Source: Octopus vulgaris (taxonomy: Eukaryota). Taken from it: a DNA stretch of 64,000 nt. Below the pieces are notes generated by a model, which did not search any database, was not told the origin of the DNA, and saw only the letters and a program-made list of their open reading frames with translations. The stretch lies in NCBI GenBank assembly GCA_951406725.2, contig OX597825.1, forward strand, positions 61,876,001 through 61,940,000, read 5' to 3'. This document shows positions 38,349-51,360 of the stretch, piece by piece; within the stretch, counting starts at the first letter, position 1, and the number at the start of each line of letters is the position of its first letter. Position numbers and translations under genes: made by a program.

Positions 38349-38566
38349 GTTCCCAAACCAGAGACCTTGGCCAAATGCTTGCAACAGAATGAAGTTTTCT
38401 AAAGTCAAAGAGTCATTTGATGGTGTTAAACTAAGCAATGGAGAATGTCTATCGTTCAACAAAGTCAAATTCAATATAATATCAAATCAGAAAGCCATAA
38501 CTAAAAGCAGCAAGATATTTTGTCTTCTGTTGCTCAACCAAAACTAGCTTTCAATAATTTATATAT

Positions 38567-39160
38567 GCCCCTACCTGGGACGTAGTCAGTCCACCTGTGC
38601 ATACCTTCCTTCTTGTGACACTTGTGAAGACCTGTTGAGGCAAGTGAAAATCAAAACAAATCAAAATAGATGAACATCAATGGAATTTGTATCTTTGTGG
38701 TACCAGTGCCGGTGGCACGTGGCACTCAAGAAAACTATCCGAACGTGGCCGTAGCCAGTACCGCATCGACTGGCCTCCGTGCTGTGGGCACGTAACAAAC
38801 ACCATCCGATCGTGGCCGTTTGCCAGCCTCATCTGGCACCTGTGTCGGTGGCACATAAAAACACCATCCGAGCGTGGCCGTCTGCCAGCCTCGTCTGGCA
38901 CCTGTGTCGGTGGCACATAAAAAACACCATCCGAGCGTGGCCGTTTGCCAGCCTCGTCTGGCACCTGTGTCGGTGGCACATAAAATCACCCACTACACTC
39001 TCGGAGTGGTTGGCGTTAGGAAGGGCATCCAGCTGTAGAAACACTGCCAGATCTGACTGGACTGGTGCAGCTTTCGGGCTCCCCAGACCCCAGTTGAACC
39101 GTCCAACCCATGCTAGCATGGAAAGCGGACGTTAAATGAAGATGATGATGATGATGATGA
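38567..39160 (+). mobile_element. Long family E copy with an internal array of ~57-58-bp units
   Basis: ACACCATCCGAGCGTGGCCGT.TGCCAGCCTCGTCTGGCACCTGTGTCGGTGGCACATAAAA three times at ~38799-38985; (GAT)n tail. Confidence 0.88.
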
Positions 39161-39601
39161 AAGCTGTAGTTTTCTGTGTGTGTGGCAGGTTTGGTAGCCT
39201 TCAACTTACACTATCTCTTCCGAGACCCTGCGGCACAAGTTGACCAAAATTGAGAGTATGATAGAAAAAGGCTTGCTCTTTCTTTCGTAGAAGAAAAAAT
39301 TCAAATTGGACCATGTTAACACCAAAAATTATTTACATCAAAAAGGTGCATTTTTTTCTATGAAAATCCCTATATTTACGATTTTTTGACTGCTGTGTCA
39401 CCATTTTTTGGTGCATTTCAACAACAATTGAAGTCGGCATTAGACATTTGCAGCACATTCAGAGTAAACTCGAGCATCGCCACACTATATTTTTATTCAT
39501 AGATTGAAACTATGTCAAAACTTTGTTAACACGATGTCAAATTCTGCCGTTTTAAGCGCAACTAAAAAACAAACCCGAGCAACGCCGGGCTATACTGCTA
39601 G
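39161..39601 (+). mobile_element. Non-autonomous Helitron-like element (3' terminus clear)
   Basis: Subterminal hairpin CCCGAGC-AAC-GCCGGG (39574-39589), then CTAG (39598-39601) followed by T. Confidence 0.7.
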
Positions 39602-39937
39602 TAATTTAAAATAGTTGGAATGTAATGATGTTTTGCATGTTATTACTGACAATAATGAAATGGCAGGTAAAAGACAGGATGATGATGCTGTTGCTGTTTT
39701 GATGATTGCTTGAAGGTACAAATGTTGTTTACAGAAATAGCAAAATTGAGGAATTCGCAATGATGACAGTAATAATGGTGAGATAATAATGATGACAACG
39801 GTAGTGAGACGAGACTGCATGGAAGAATGATATTGGTTATAGTAATGTTAGTCACAGTAGTTCTAGGTATAAACGAGCATAAGAGACACATTAATACTAA
39901 TGGTTAATTACTGTCATGACAAAGAAAATGTGTTTTA

Positions 39938-40350
39938 GGTGGCGAGCTGGCAGAAATGGTAGCGCGCCGGGCGAAATGCTTAGCGGTATTTTGTCTGCCG
40001 CTACGTTCTGAGTTCAAATTCCATTGAGGTCGACTTTGTCTTTCATCCTTTTGGGATTGATTAAATAAGTACCAGTTACGCACTGGGGTCGATATAATCG
40101 ACTTAATCCATTTGTCTGTCCTTGTTTGTCCCTTCTGTGTTTAGCCCCTTGTGGGTAGTAAAGAAATAGGTATTTCATCTGCCGCTACGTTCTGAGTTCA
40201 AATTCCGCCGAGGTCAACTTTGCTTTTCATCCTTTCAGGGTCGATTAAATAAGTACCAGTTAGGCACTGGGGTCGATATAATCGACTTAATCCGTTTGTC
40301 CTTGTTTGTCCCTTCTGTGTTTAGCCCCCTGGTGGATAGTAAACAAATAG
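39938..40350 (+). mobile_element. SINE family D head-to-tail partial dimer
   Basis: Full copy to ~40170; second copy restarts at internal GGTATTT. Confidence 0.85.
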
Positions 40351-40374
40351 GTATACATACATGTGTGTATGCAT

Positions 40375-40760
40375 CATCATTATCACCATCATCAGCAACA
40401 ACATTTAATGTCCATTTTCCATGCTGGCCTAGGCTGCATGGCTTGGCAGGAACTGGCAAGGACAGGGGCTGCACCAGGTTCCATAGACACTTTTGGCTTG
40501 GTTACTGTGACTGGATGTCCTTCCTAATGTCAACCATTCCATAGAGTGTACTGGGTGCTTTTTATATGGCACCATCATCAGAACTTTTTAAGAGGCACCA
40601 GCACAAGTGCTTTTTTATGTGGAATCCAGTATCCACACCAATGCTTTTTACATAGCACCTTGATTTTAGGATCTCAATTCTGTTGTGGTGGGCAGGTCTT
40701 CTTGAGTACAGCACTGCATCACATATCTTGGTACTCTGTCATCTCATTTCTGAGGTTCAG
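40375..40760 (-). mobile_element. Old family E relative
   Basis: (CAT)n, TTTTCCATGCTGG, CTGGATGTCCTTCCTAATG. Confidence 0.65.
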
Positions 40761-41045
40761 CATTATGAGATCAACCTTCAATTACATATTTGAAATTTTA
40801 AAAAAATACATTGAAATTTGTTCAAAAAATATACTGATGCAGACCTGATAGAAAAAGTAGAAAGGACCTTTGTGTGTAAGCGCTTTCCCTCTATATAGCT
40901 TTAGAAACAGATGCTATAAATTAGAAGCTATAAAGATATTTTCAGCTAAGTTTTAACATTAAAAAGCTTTTCTTTCAAACATTGTGCCCAGATCAAGAAA
41001 TCTTTTCTTAAATTTACGTACATATCTGTAAATATGCATATATAC

Positions 41046-41114
<69 letters not shown>

Positions 41115-41298
41115 ATTCCCAAAAAGCAAAAGACGAAGACAGGTGGTGTAGACAACAAACAGATGTATTAGTATAATGCTCAGGAAGTGAAAAAGTCTTT
41201 AACATTTCGAGCCTACGCACTTCCACATAAAGGAACACAGAAAGAAACAAGGAGAGAAAATAAAGAATGTGTAGTGGCTAGGGATCAATCATGGCGAT
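41115..41298 (-). mobile_element. Family P1 (Penelope-like pLTR-type) fragment between microsatellites
   Basis: Aligns with 4781-4965; - strand TGGAAGTGCGTAGGCTCGAAATGTTAAAGAC is hammerhead-like. Confidence 0.6.
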
Positions 41299-41362
41299 CT
41301 ATATCTATATCTCTCTCTATATATATATTTATATCTATCTATCTATCTATCATTTATATCTG

Positions 41363-41419
<57 letters not shown>

Positions 41420-41496
41420 ATATAGTAGAAATAAGTTACGTAAAGAAAATATAAAATACACGTGGAAATGTTAGGGTAAAATATGAAAAATCAACG

Positions 41497-41546
<50 letters not shown>

Positions 41547-41549
41547 CAT

Positions 41550-41709
41550 CAGAGTGGCTGTGTGGTAAGTAGCTTGTTTACCAACCACATGGTTCTGGGT
41601 TTAGTCTAGCTGCATGGCACCTTGGGCAAGTGTCTTCTACTATAGCCTTGGGCCGACCAAAACCTTGTGAATGGATTTGGCAGATGGACACTGAAAGAAG
41701 CCCGTTGTA

Positions 41710-41766
<57 letters not shown>

Positions 41767-42676
41767 CTATGGTTGCAGAACAAACAAATAACAGGTCATC
41801 CACGTAACATTTCATATCTTGAACATTTTCTCACATAATGCTTTTTCTTTCACATAGAATATATATGCATAAAATCACGGAAGATGAAACACAACCCATC
41901 AATACAAGCATATAAGAAAAATGTGTGAATACAGTCCATCGCAGTTAAAAGTTAATGATTAATACTTTAGCGACTAAAAAAATATATATTTTAACATTAC
42001 AACATCTAGAATAATAAATACACAAAAATATAACGAAATTTATAAATATATAGATATATAAAAAGATATAAAAATACACATATATAGGAAACATATAAAT
42101 AAATAATATATAAGGTAAGATAAATGTTCATCGTTTAGAAATTTTTTTCGATTAAAAATTACTTTTCAAGATAAGGGAAACCTATTGTTAAAAGCCAGTG
42201 TCCAAGCAAAAAAGAAGAAACCATATTTACTTTCCCTATGGCCATTTCAGGGGTTCATCACCGTATTTTTATATGTATTTTTATATCTTTTTATATATCT
42301 ATATATTTATATATATCTTTATATTTTTATGTATTTATTATTCTAGATGCTGCAACGTTAAAATATATATATTTTTTAGTCGCTAAAGTATTAATCATTA
42401 ACTTTTAACCACGATGGACTGTATTCACACATTTTTCTTATATGCTCGTATTGATTGGTTGTGTTTCATCTTCCGTGATTTTATGCATGTATATTCTATG
42501 TGAAAGAAAAAGCATTATGTGATTAAATGTTCGAGATATGAAATGTTATGTGGATGACCTTATATTTGTTTGTTCTGCCACCATAGTTTAATATATTTGT
42601 CTCATTTAATTGAGCACTTCTATAGCAGTCCTATTAAACATTTTGTTCCTGATAAGAAACAATCACTTTATTATTG

Positions 42677-42710
<34 letters not shown>

Positions 42711-42885
42711 ATATGTTTGTATGTCTGTGTTTGTCCCCCCATCTTTACTTGACAACCAATCCTGGTGTGTTTACGTCTCCATAACTTAGTGGTTCAGCAA
42801 AAGAGACCAATAGAATAAGTACTAGGCTTACAAAGAATAAGACTTGGGGTCATTTTTCTTGATGAACAAGTAAAAGAATAAAAGA
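41550..42885 (+). mobile_element. SINE family A split by a foldback element inserted in its internal (TA)n
   Basis: 5' half at 41550-41712 and 3' half at ~42700-42885. Confidence 0.85.
41761..42677. mobile_element. Foldback element: ~320-bp inverted arms (41761-42081 / 42271-42592), ~190-bp spacer, ~85-bp tail
   Basis: ATTAAACTATGG...AAAAGTTAATGATTAATACTTTAGCGACTAAAAAA vs TTTTTTAGTCGCTAAAGTATTAATCATTAACTTTT...CCATAGTTTAAT; (TA)n on both sides. Confidence 0.85.
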
Positions 42886-42909
42886 CTAAAAGAATATGTC
42901 TATGTATAA

Positions 42910-42941
<32 letters not shown>

Positions 42942-42990
42942 ATGTGTGTGTATGTTTGTGAGCATATGTGTATGAAAACACACACACACA

Positions 42991-43576
42991 CAGAGTGCAA
43001 TGGGTAAATTGCCACCATTTTATATTTTTAATTTCTGTTATATGCATTGTTAATTTTTGATTTTGTCTACTACACATTAAAGTAGGGTCAGATGGGCACC
43101 GTCTGTGAGTAAAACAACACCATGACACAATTCACTCAGCCAGAAAATTGGAAATGGCATGCTGTACTTCTTGGCATTTGCACCGGTAGCTCCAGTACAG
43201 ACATTTCCGTGTGTTTGGGTACCAATCTCAGACCAGTGCAGAGGATTTGGAAAGAGTTGGATCAGTCTAATGGTGATTACAAAGGTATGGCAGCTTCGAA
43301 AACTCAATATGATCATTCTGATAAGAAAAGAACTCCTGAATTTGTTGGTGAGATCCAAGCCATGATTAAAAATGATCCCTCCAAGAGTTGGAGGCGATTC
43401 TGAAGTCATCTGGAGGCCATGGTTGAAGCCAATGACGATTTTACTGAATAAATTTACTCTTTCATATTTCAAGATATATTTATGTAATATTGGTAATTAT
43501 ATCTGTTAAGACGAGATGTCAGTGTTATCTTCCTTTTTATGTAATTTGGATGACAGTTTATTTCCCACAATCTGCA
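42991..43576 (+). mobile_element. Internally deleted Tc1/mariner-superfamily element (maT/DD37D-like)
   Basis: ORF 43122-43403 N-terminal HTH ...KRTPEFVGEIQAMIKNDPSKS fused to C-terminal RRF*SHLEAMVEANDDFTE*; weak CAG-starting TIRs. Confidence 0.7.
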
Positions 43577-43590
43577 TGTATATTTATATG

Positions 43591-43621
<31 letters not shown>

Positions 43622-44112
43622 ATCATATATGTAAAGGGTAAGTCTTTAGGTCCTCCTTGCTCTCTATGTTTCCAAAATCCTCATCATAGTATGTTTTGGT
43701 ATTCCATTATAAAACTGAACTGACTGTCCTCTTCTTATTCCCATTTCTTGAGCAAGCTGTTAATATTATGCAAGAGATTATCTACATGTGTACATACATT
43801 TTAAATGAACTGATATCAAAAGACAATATATTAGGTATTTCTTTAAAATATTCAACATCATGTTCACTCATCTTTGAGCTATGTTCTTGTGCAATTCTTT
43901 CTAATGAACAAAATTCCTGCTGTGTTTAAATATTAGAATGGTAAGTTAAAGAGAGTCTCTGATAATGTGTGTTTTATAAAAGTATATGTATAATATTTTT
44001 TCTGACCAAATTTATTCTGTTTCTTTTTCAGTAACAACTTACCTTTTTAAACCTGAAGAACAGGTATCATTATTTTAACGATCTACACTAACAGAATCAC
44101 AGAAAATGTAGA

Positions 44113-44328
44113 TGAGGGTTTTCTGAAAAGGTCTTGTCTTTATGGGTATCGCAAAAGGCCTGGTTTAAGGCCCAACCTTCCAAATTCTTTTACAAGGCTT
44201 GGAAAAACTGAAGGACCCCTGCAAAAAGTGTGTAAATCTGAGAAGGATATATACTGAATAAAATGATAATTACCTGAGCCTCCTTTATTTTTTTTTACCC
44301 AAAGCCAGGAACTTTTCAGCACCACCTC
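44113..44328 (+). mobile_element. mariner-derived MITE
   Basis: TGAGGGTTTTCTGAAAAGGTCTTG / CCAGGAACTTTTCAGCACCACCTC termini; C-terminal remnant KCVNLRR.Y; inverted relative at 48427-48640. Confidence 0.75.
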
Positions 44329-46339
44329 CCACAAACAGCCAAGTGTTTAATTCATACATATTCCCTGTACTTAGTCTGTTTTGTGATGCACTGTGTATCA
44401 CTGCATCCATGCCCATCGCGTCTGTTTGATTTAGTGTAACGATTTCTGTTGGAAAATGCTAGGTTTTGATGTAACACAGCTTGCTAACCTCTATTTTATT
44501 TCTCATCATCTACCTTATCTTAGGACAAACTGACTGGAACCTCATTTGAATAATAATAATTAGTTGGAAATTGGTTGATTCTGAGGGAGAGAGAGAGAGA
44601 GTGATGCTTGTACTTCACTGGTACTTTTTTATCAACCATAGATGGTAGAAATGTAAAATTGACTTTGGTTTGGTTTGAACTCAACAAGCAAACAACCAAG
44701 GACAAATATCTCAAAACATTTCCTTCAAACTTTGCTTTTATTACATTTATTCAAACCCCTAAGAATGCTTCTCAACTCATGGCTATGATGCACCCCCACT
44801 ACTCTTGTTTGTGATCAAAGATGCCTATATTATTTACCACAGGGGACATGCTCAAGTGGTTAAGATCAAGCAAATAACAAGTAAGGCTGTGATATTGAGC
44901 AGAATATTTGCTATAACGATATTTCCACTGCAGCAACTCAGCACTGAATCTGTATGAAATGTAATGGAAAGTAGGTCAGTTTCAAAACATTGATGTCCAG
45001 GTCACAAAAGCAAAGTTTGAAGGGAATAGTAGTCATTTCCATTGATTTCTAGATTGAAGCAAATAAGAAATAACACTTGTTCACTAAAGATGAACATAAA
45101 AATTTGATACATAGTGTTATTTTTAAACAAGAAAGTTGTGAACAGTGACTTCAAAGTTATTGCCAGTTAAACCATCATTGATGATGGCTTAGCTTGCTGA
45201 AACTTAGAAGTTACTATCAAAAGCATTCTTATTTAAGAATTATCCATATATATAAAATCCACTGATTCCTAGAGATATTCTGCCAAACTATTTTATCAAA
45301 GCAATACAATCCATAATCCAGCATGAAAAACTTCTGAACAGAAATTTCTAAACCCAGAGGCCACAACTATCTGCAAGAATTGATAATGCATATAAATTCA
45401 CTAATAACAACATTGATGCAACTATAAATTAAATATTTTCCTCAAGGACAACTATAAAAAAGAAAAAAAGAAAATGATGCAGTAATCATTCATACACATT
45501 TGTTTCTAAATTTAAACAATATTTTAGATTTATTTTCAAGTATTATATTGAAATTCACGGGAGAAGTATGTTTTGACAGTTCTCCATTTGACTGACAAGG
45601 TATGCACAGCTCATCTTAACAAGAATAAACATTGAGTACCTCTTACTATTATGATATAAAAATATCCTATCTTCAATGAAAATATTTAGTTTGGTTGATA
45701 GCTTTCAAATAAATCTTTCAGAAGAATTATTTTCAAAAAAAAAAAAAAAAAAGACAAAACAAAACAAAAAACACAATACAGTGTAGAAAAATATTTTCAA
45801 TACTTACTGAAACATTACTGTCAGAAAGATGTGTCAGCATCTTTTCAGAAAATAAAAGAAAAAAGAAAAAAAAAAAAAACGGAGAGAAAAAGGTTATTCT
45901 CTTCACCTCATCACTCACTTCTGTTTAGATTATATTGTGTATGTATAATACAGCTACTGTATCCGTCATCACTCCCGGCTTATTATCATATTCTATAATG
46001 TGCAGATGTTTTTGTTCACATAAATCTTTTTAAAACTGCAGACAAAAATGGACCTTAACCTCCTTGAAATTTAGAATGAATTTTTTGAACTAGGGCAGCT
46101 GAAATGTACTAGGGAACACTTTATATATATGTACGAGGTTGTGTGTTTATCATATGCTAATAAATATATAATCTTTGTTTACAAACTGTGGTGCTTCTTT
46201 TGTAGTTCATCAGCAAGCATGATCTTAAGTGAGATTCTGGTACCTATTTTAGAATTGAAGAAATATGATATTATCAGCTCAACAAATGACAAAATCTCAA
46301 TATATTTTTCTGTTTAACACCATTATTTTCAACACAACA

Positions 46340-46812
46340 GTTACCCATGTATGCCAGCCTCCCCCTCTCCATGCCACCGATGTTATACAAGGGAAAGGCA
46401 AAGGCTGATACAGTTTGGCACCAGTGATGTCACAACACATTCCTATTTCTTTATTGCCCACAAGGGTCTAAACATAGAGGGGACAAACAAGGACAGACAA
46501 AGGGGTTAAGTCGATTACATCGACCCCAGTGCATAACTGGTACTGAATTTATCAACCCCGAAAGGATGAAAGGCAAAGTTGACCTTGGTGGAATCTGAAC
46601 TCAGAACGTAATGGCAGACGAAATACTGCTAAACATTTCACCTGGCATGCTAACGTTTCTGCCAGCTCGTCGCAACACATTTCTTCAGCTGAGTGAACTG
46701 GAGCAATGTGAAATAAAGTGTCCAGCTCAACACACAGCCCAATCCAGGAATCAAACTCACTACCTCATGCTAGTGAGGCTGATGCTCTAACCACTGAGAC
46801 ATGTACCTTCAC
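46340..46812 (-). mobile_element. SINE family B interrupted by SINE D (~46443-46668)
   Basis: GTC(A/G)CAACACATT duplicated on both sides of the family D copy. Confidence 0.85.
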
Positions 46813-48126
46813 ACCATACCCTTAATACTATTTATTACTAATGATAAGCAAAATGTGAAACAGAAGCAGGGTACTTGTTGTGTATTAGCAAAATGACCCT
46901 ATTTATGTACATCAATCACAACACACAATTTCACATGAAGAAATCGTGCAAATCAAATACAATAATAAAAGAAATTATAACAATTTTATAATTATGTCAC
47001 AGGATATCACACAATACTGGTTAATATTCTTTAATGAACTAGCTAAAGGCTACTGAAGCTACTTCCTTTTCTTAGTATCCATCCAATTAAAAAACAGTCA
47101 CATACAGAGCAAATGATTTTAAGGATAGCTATTAAATAATATTGACTGTGCAGTGTGTATTGCCAACAGAAACGCATACTTCACTGCCTTAAAACAGAAA
47201 TGGCACACCTTAAATACAAAAGGAAAGGAAAGTAGCTAATTGAAAGAGCCATCTATAAGTCACCATAGTTTGGTTTCTCAGCCATTTAGCTATGTCATTT
47301 ATTATAGTACTACATTCATATCAGTTGATAAAAGAGTTTCTAAAGCCATGTGTCTACATGAAATCTATCAGTTTCTCAGGAAATTTATAAGAAAGAATTA
47401 CCTCGTTATTTAGATTTAGATATTTGTCTGTTATAATGCCACATCACTTTTGAAGTATACCTCTTTTGATTTCCAGCTTATGTAGAATGTTAAACACACT
47501 GATACAAAAATGAAGTTCAAAGTCTTCGTGGTCAGAACTTATAACAGGACCTCAAAATATTTAATGCAGTTGCACCATGGAGAAATCACAAAGGGAGAAT
47601 GACTGAAGTAGTTGATGTTCCCCACTGTTTGGCAAAATTATCTTCGATTACATTAAAATTCCATTACAGATTAACAGCATGACATTCTCTTTATCCTTGA
47701 AATCCTTCCAGCTATGCCTCACCATATAAAACGAACCCATCATTATTGATTTCTTTTCCTTTTCCATCCAATAACAACACAAGATTAGACAAACATCTTT
47801 TTATTGGCATGCCTATGTATATGCTGCTTCTGATGAAGTTTAAATTCAATTTAAAATTCATAGATAACCAAACAATTTAAGCTTCTCATGATGCTTTCTT
47901 GAAAATATACCTACTGTAATTTATTTACAGATGTTTCTTGTCATTTTGGCTTTAATTATTTCTTCAGTGCTTTAACCACACAATCTTACCAAACTTTTGA
48001 TACAAGTCTTTAGTGCTGCTACCATAATTTAAGCACCTCCGTTACCATATTTCTAATATATATTTACACATTGACTTTGATTTGATGGTAGTGTAAAATT
48101 CAATAAGCAATAATTTATATTATGTG

Positions 48127-48185
<59 letters not shown>

Positions 48186-48227
48186 GTATACACACACACA
48201 CACACTCACACATGTATTCTCATGTTT

Positions 48228-48340
48228 CTCATGTTCCTTTCTGTTGAAGAGTGTAGGCTGGCTCAAAATGTAAAAGACTTTCTCACCTTCCCGAGTGTTA
48301 AACTAATACACCTGTTTTTTGTTTTCTTGTAAATTCCAAC

Positions 48341-48341
<1 letters not shown>
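48228..48341 (+). mobile_element. Family P1 fragment ending in (TA)n
   Basis: CTGTTGAAGAGTGTAGGCT...AAACTAATACACCTG...AAATTCCAAC aligns with 5435-5567. Confidence 0.6.
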
Positions 48342-48400
<59 letters not shown>

Positions 48401-48426
48401 TATGTATGTATGTATGCATGTATGTA

Positions 48427-48640
48427 TGAGGGAATGTTTAAAAGTTCCTGAGTTTAGGTAAAAGAAAATACAGGAAGATCAATTAATTATGATTTTATTC
48501 AACACATTTCCCTCTCAGATTCACACACTTATTGCAGTGGTTCTTCAGTTCTTCTAAGCCATGCAAAAGAACTCAGAATGTTGGGCCTCCATCAAGGCCT
48601 TTTGTGATACCCTTAAAGCCAAGAACTTCACAGCACCCAC
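48427..48640 (-). mobile_element. mariner-derived MITE
   Basis: - strand LEELKNHCNKCVNLRGKCVE* (mariner C-terminus); same family as 44113-44328. Confidence 0.75.
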
Positions 48641-48710
48641 TTTTCAGCATTATGTAAGTATGTATGTATCTATGTATGTATGTATTTATGTATGTATGTA
48701 TGTATGTATG

Positions 48711-48741
<31 letters not shown>

Positions 48742-49093
48742 TCAGTGGCATTTTAATGTCCTCTTTCCCATGCTTGCATTGAGCAGGCAGAGTCCATCAT
48801 GGTAGAGATTCTGTGATGGGATGTTCTTCATGTTACCAACTCTCACCTGTTTCAAAGCAAGGTAATATTTCTCCATGCCCAGATATGTTTACTTAGAAGA
48901 TTAGGAGTAAATGACACCGCTTTTATGATGGTGAGTCTTGTTTACAACTATCACGAGATGTCAAGACAAGAAAACAAAAACACACATAGATGCACATATA
49001 CTCACATATTTATAATGGGTTTCTCACAGTTTCCATCTACCAGCATTCCTTCAAAATCATTTGTTTGATTCAAAGCTGTAGATGAAGTCACTT

Positions 49094-49480
49094 GTGGAAG
49101 CACTCCATCGGTTACGACGATAAGGGTTCCGATTGATTCAAATCAACGGAACAGCCTGCTCGTGAAATTAACGTGTAAGTGGCTGAGCACTCCACAGACA
49201 CGTGCACCCTTAACGTAGTTCTTGGGGATATTCAGCGTGACACAGAGAGTGACACGGCCGGTCCCTTGAAATACAGGTACAACAGAAACAGGAAGTAAGA
49301 GTGGGAGAAAGTTGTGGTGAAAGAGTACAGCAGGGATCACCACCATCCCCTGCCGGAGCCTCATGGAGCTTTTAAGTGTTTTCACTCAATAAACACTCAC
49401 AACGCCCGGTCTGGGAATCGAAACCGCGATCCTATGACCGCGAGTCCGCTGCCCTAACCACTGGGCCATTGCGCCTCCAC
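49094..49480 (-). mobile_element. SINE family C variant, little diverged, inserted in an old family A copy
   Basis: 12-bp TSD ATGAAGTCACTT at 49082-49093 and 49481-49492; intact A/B boxes. Confidence 0.9.
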
Positions 49481-50289
49481 ATGAAGTCACTTATCCATAG
49501 TGCTACACAATGGGACTGAACTTAATATCACTTGGCAAAGAAGCGATTATCTTAATCATACAGCAATGCTTATGTCTATAGCTATCTGTCCTGATAACCA
49601 CAAGTTTTGTCTTTGTTGGGTTTACTTTAGGATTCATCAATTCTATGTTTTACTTCCACTATTTGAAGTTCTTCTCCAAATACTTGATGGATCCAACAAA
49701 GAGAATTTGATATTCAGCATACATGAGTTACCATGTGCAGTGGGATTTAAACTCCTTTAACAAATTTCCTTCTGACATATGTTTTTACCAATATTCATAA
49801 TTGTTTCTAGAAATAAATTGTAAATGTATAATCTCGTAACTTTTAAAATATAACCTTTTGAATTTGTGTGTAGAATAACAGTATAGAATAACAATATAGT
49901 CGATTAATCTTAGACAAAATAATACATTCTTGCTATTCAAGAATTACAATGCAAAAGGAGATTTATTGCATATTTCAAAGAAATAATTCTGCAAATATAT
50001 TAAATGGATTTTGAAACAATGAAGTTGTTTATCTTTTAGCACTTATTGTTTTTGGTTAGTCTGAAAGGAAACAATATATGTTAAAGTTTGTAAATATTTC
50101 TCGTAATTATTTAAATTTGATTAATATAAAGCTAAAGCCTTATTGAAATTGCAATGCTCGTTAGATTTTCTTTGCAAATAATGTTGAAATCTCAATTACA
50201 TTTTGTACAGAAGTCTGTCACGCATATGCGTTTGTGTGTGTATATATGTGTGTGTGCGTGTGTGTGGGTATTTTTCTTCTTCTTTTGTT

Positions 50290-50520
50290 GTCTGTCGTAA
50301 GTCAATGATGACAATTCTTGTTCAATAATCATCTCTGGCAGGCTTACATGAGAGCTACAGGGCTTGTTCTTGATCTGCAACAGCGATGACATCTGCTGTA
50401 GGTGAAACGACTTGACACAATAGAGAAGCGATGCTTCCCATGTGCTCTTTCGTATTCTCTCTGTTGTTTCCTCTCATGACAGTTATAAAAAGGATTCACC
50501 ATCTCTATGAAATCTTTTGG
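50290..50520 (-). mobile_element. RTE-like 3' fragment related to 6190-6400
   Basis: GACATCTGCTGTAGG...AGAAGCGATGCTTCCCATGTGCTCTT.....TTCTCTCTGT shared. Confidence 0.6.
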
Positions 50521-51360
50521 TAGTTCAGTGATGAAGATTTCATGGTCGCAACTCTTGTAAACAATGCACCCAAAGATCAGTGCTTTAACCTTATGATTAT
50601 GAAGAGAATAAGGCTATTTTACTTAAAGGACAAGTAAGTGTTAGCAAGGGGCAGGGCATCCAGCTGTACAATTTTGTCTCCACAAGTTTCAGTCAACATT
50701 TGTAAGCAAAGAAACAAAACTAACTGGAAATCAATGATGGAGATATAATGTATCGTCATCGTCATATTTCTAACATACACTTTTCCATGTTTGCATGGAT
50801 CAGATGGAATTTGTAGAGGCAAACATTCTCAGGCGAGATGTCATTCCTGTTGCCAACGCTCACATGATTGCAAGTAAAGTGATATTTTCCCATTGTCAGA
50901 GATGGTTTTCATGCAAGACTGGAAATGAACTTTTATTGTGCCACTCATCAACAACTAATAAAAGATGGCAATACAAGCAGACACATGTACACACACACAC
51001 ACACACACACACACACGACTTCTTTCAGTTTCCATCTCTGAAATTCATTCACAATGCTATGATTGTTGGAAAACAAACATGTTAACACACAGTCATGTCT
51101 ATTCCCTTGTGTGTGTGTGCTTGTGCGTGTGTGTGTGTGTGTGTGTGCATGCATGTGTGTGTGTGTATTTATACATGCATATGGTTGGATGCACTCACTG
51201 TGTGACAATCAAACCTTCCAAGATTCTCCTCTAATGTTGATCATGCTAAACTTCCACCATGTACTCAGAGGTCTTCTCTGTTCAAGGGTAGGCTATAGTG
51301 TAATACAAAAAGCACAGCAATAATAAAAGACATTGACTTGGTACTCCTATATATATATAT

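Noticed and set aside
38799-38985. ~57-bp repeated units resembling a CRISPR array (also 55680-55931)
   Set aside because: Units are contiguous tandem copies without unique spacers, lie inside a dispersed eukaryotic repeat, and have no cas genes nearby
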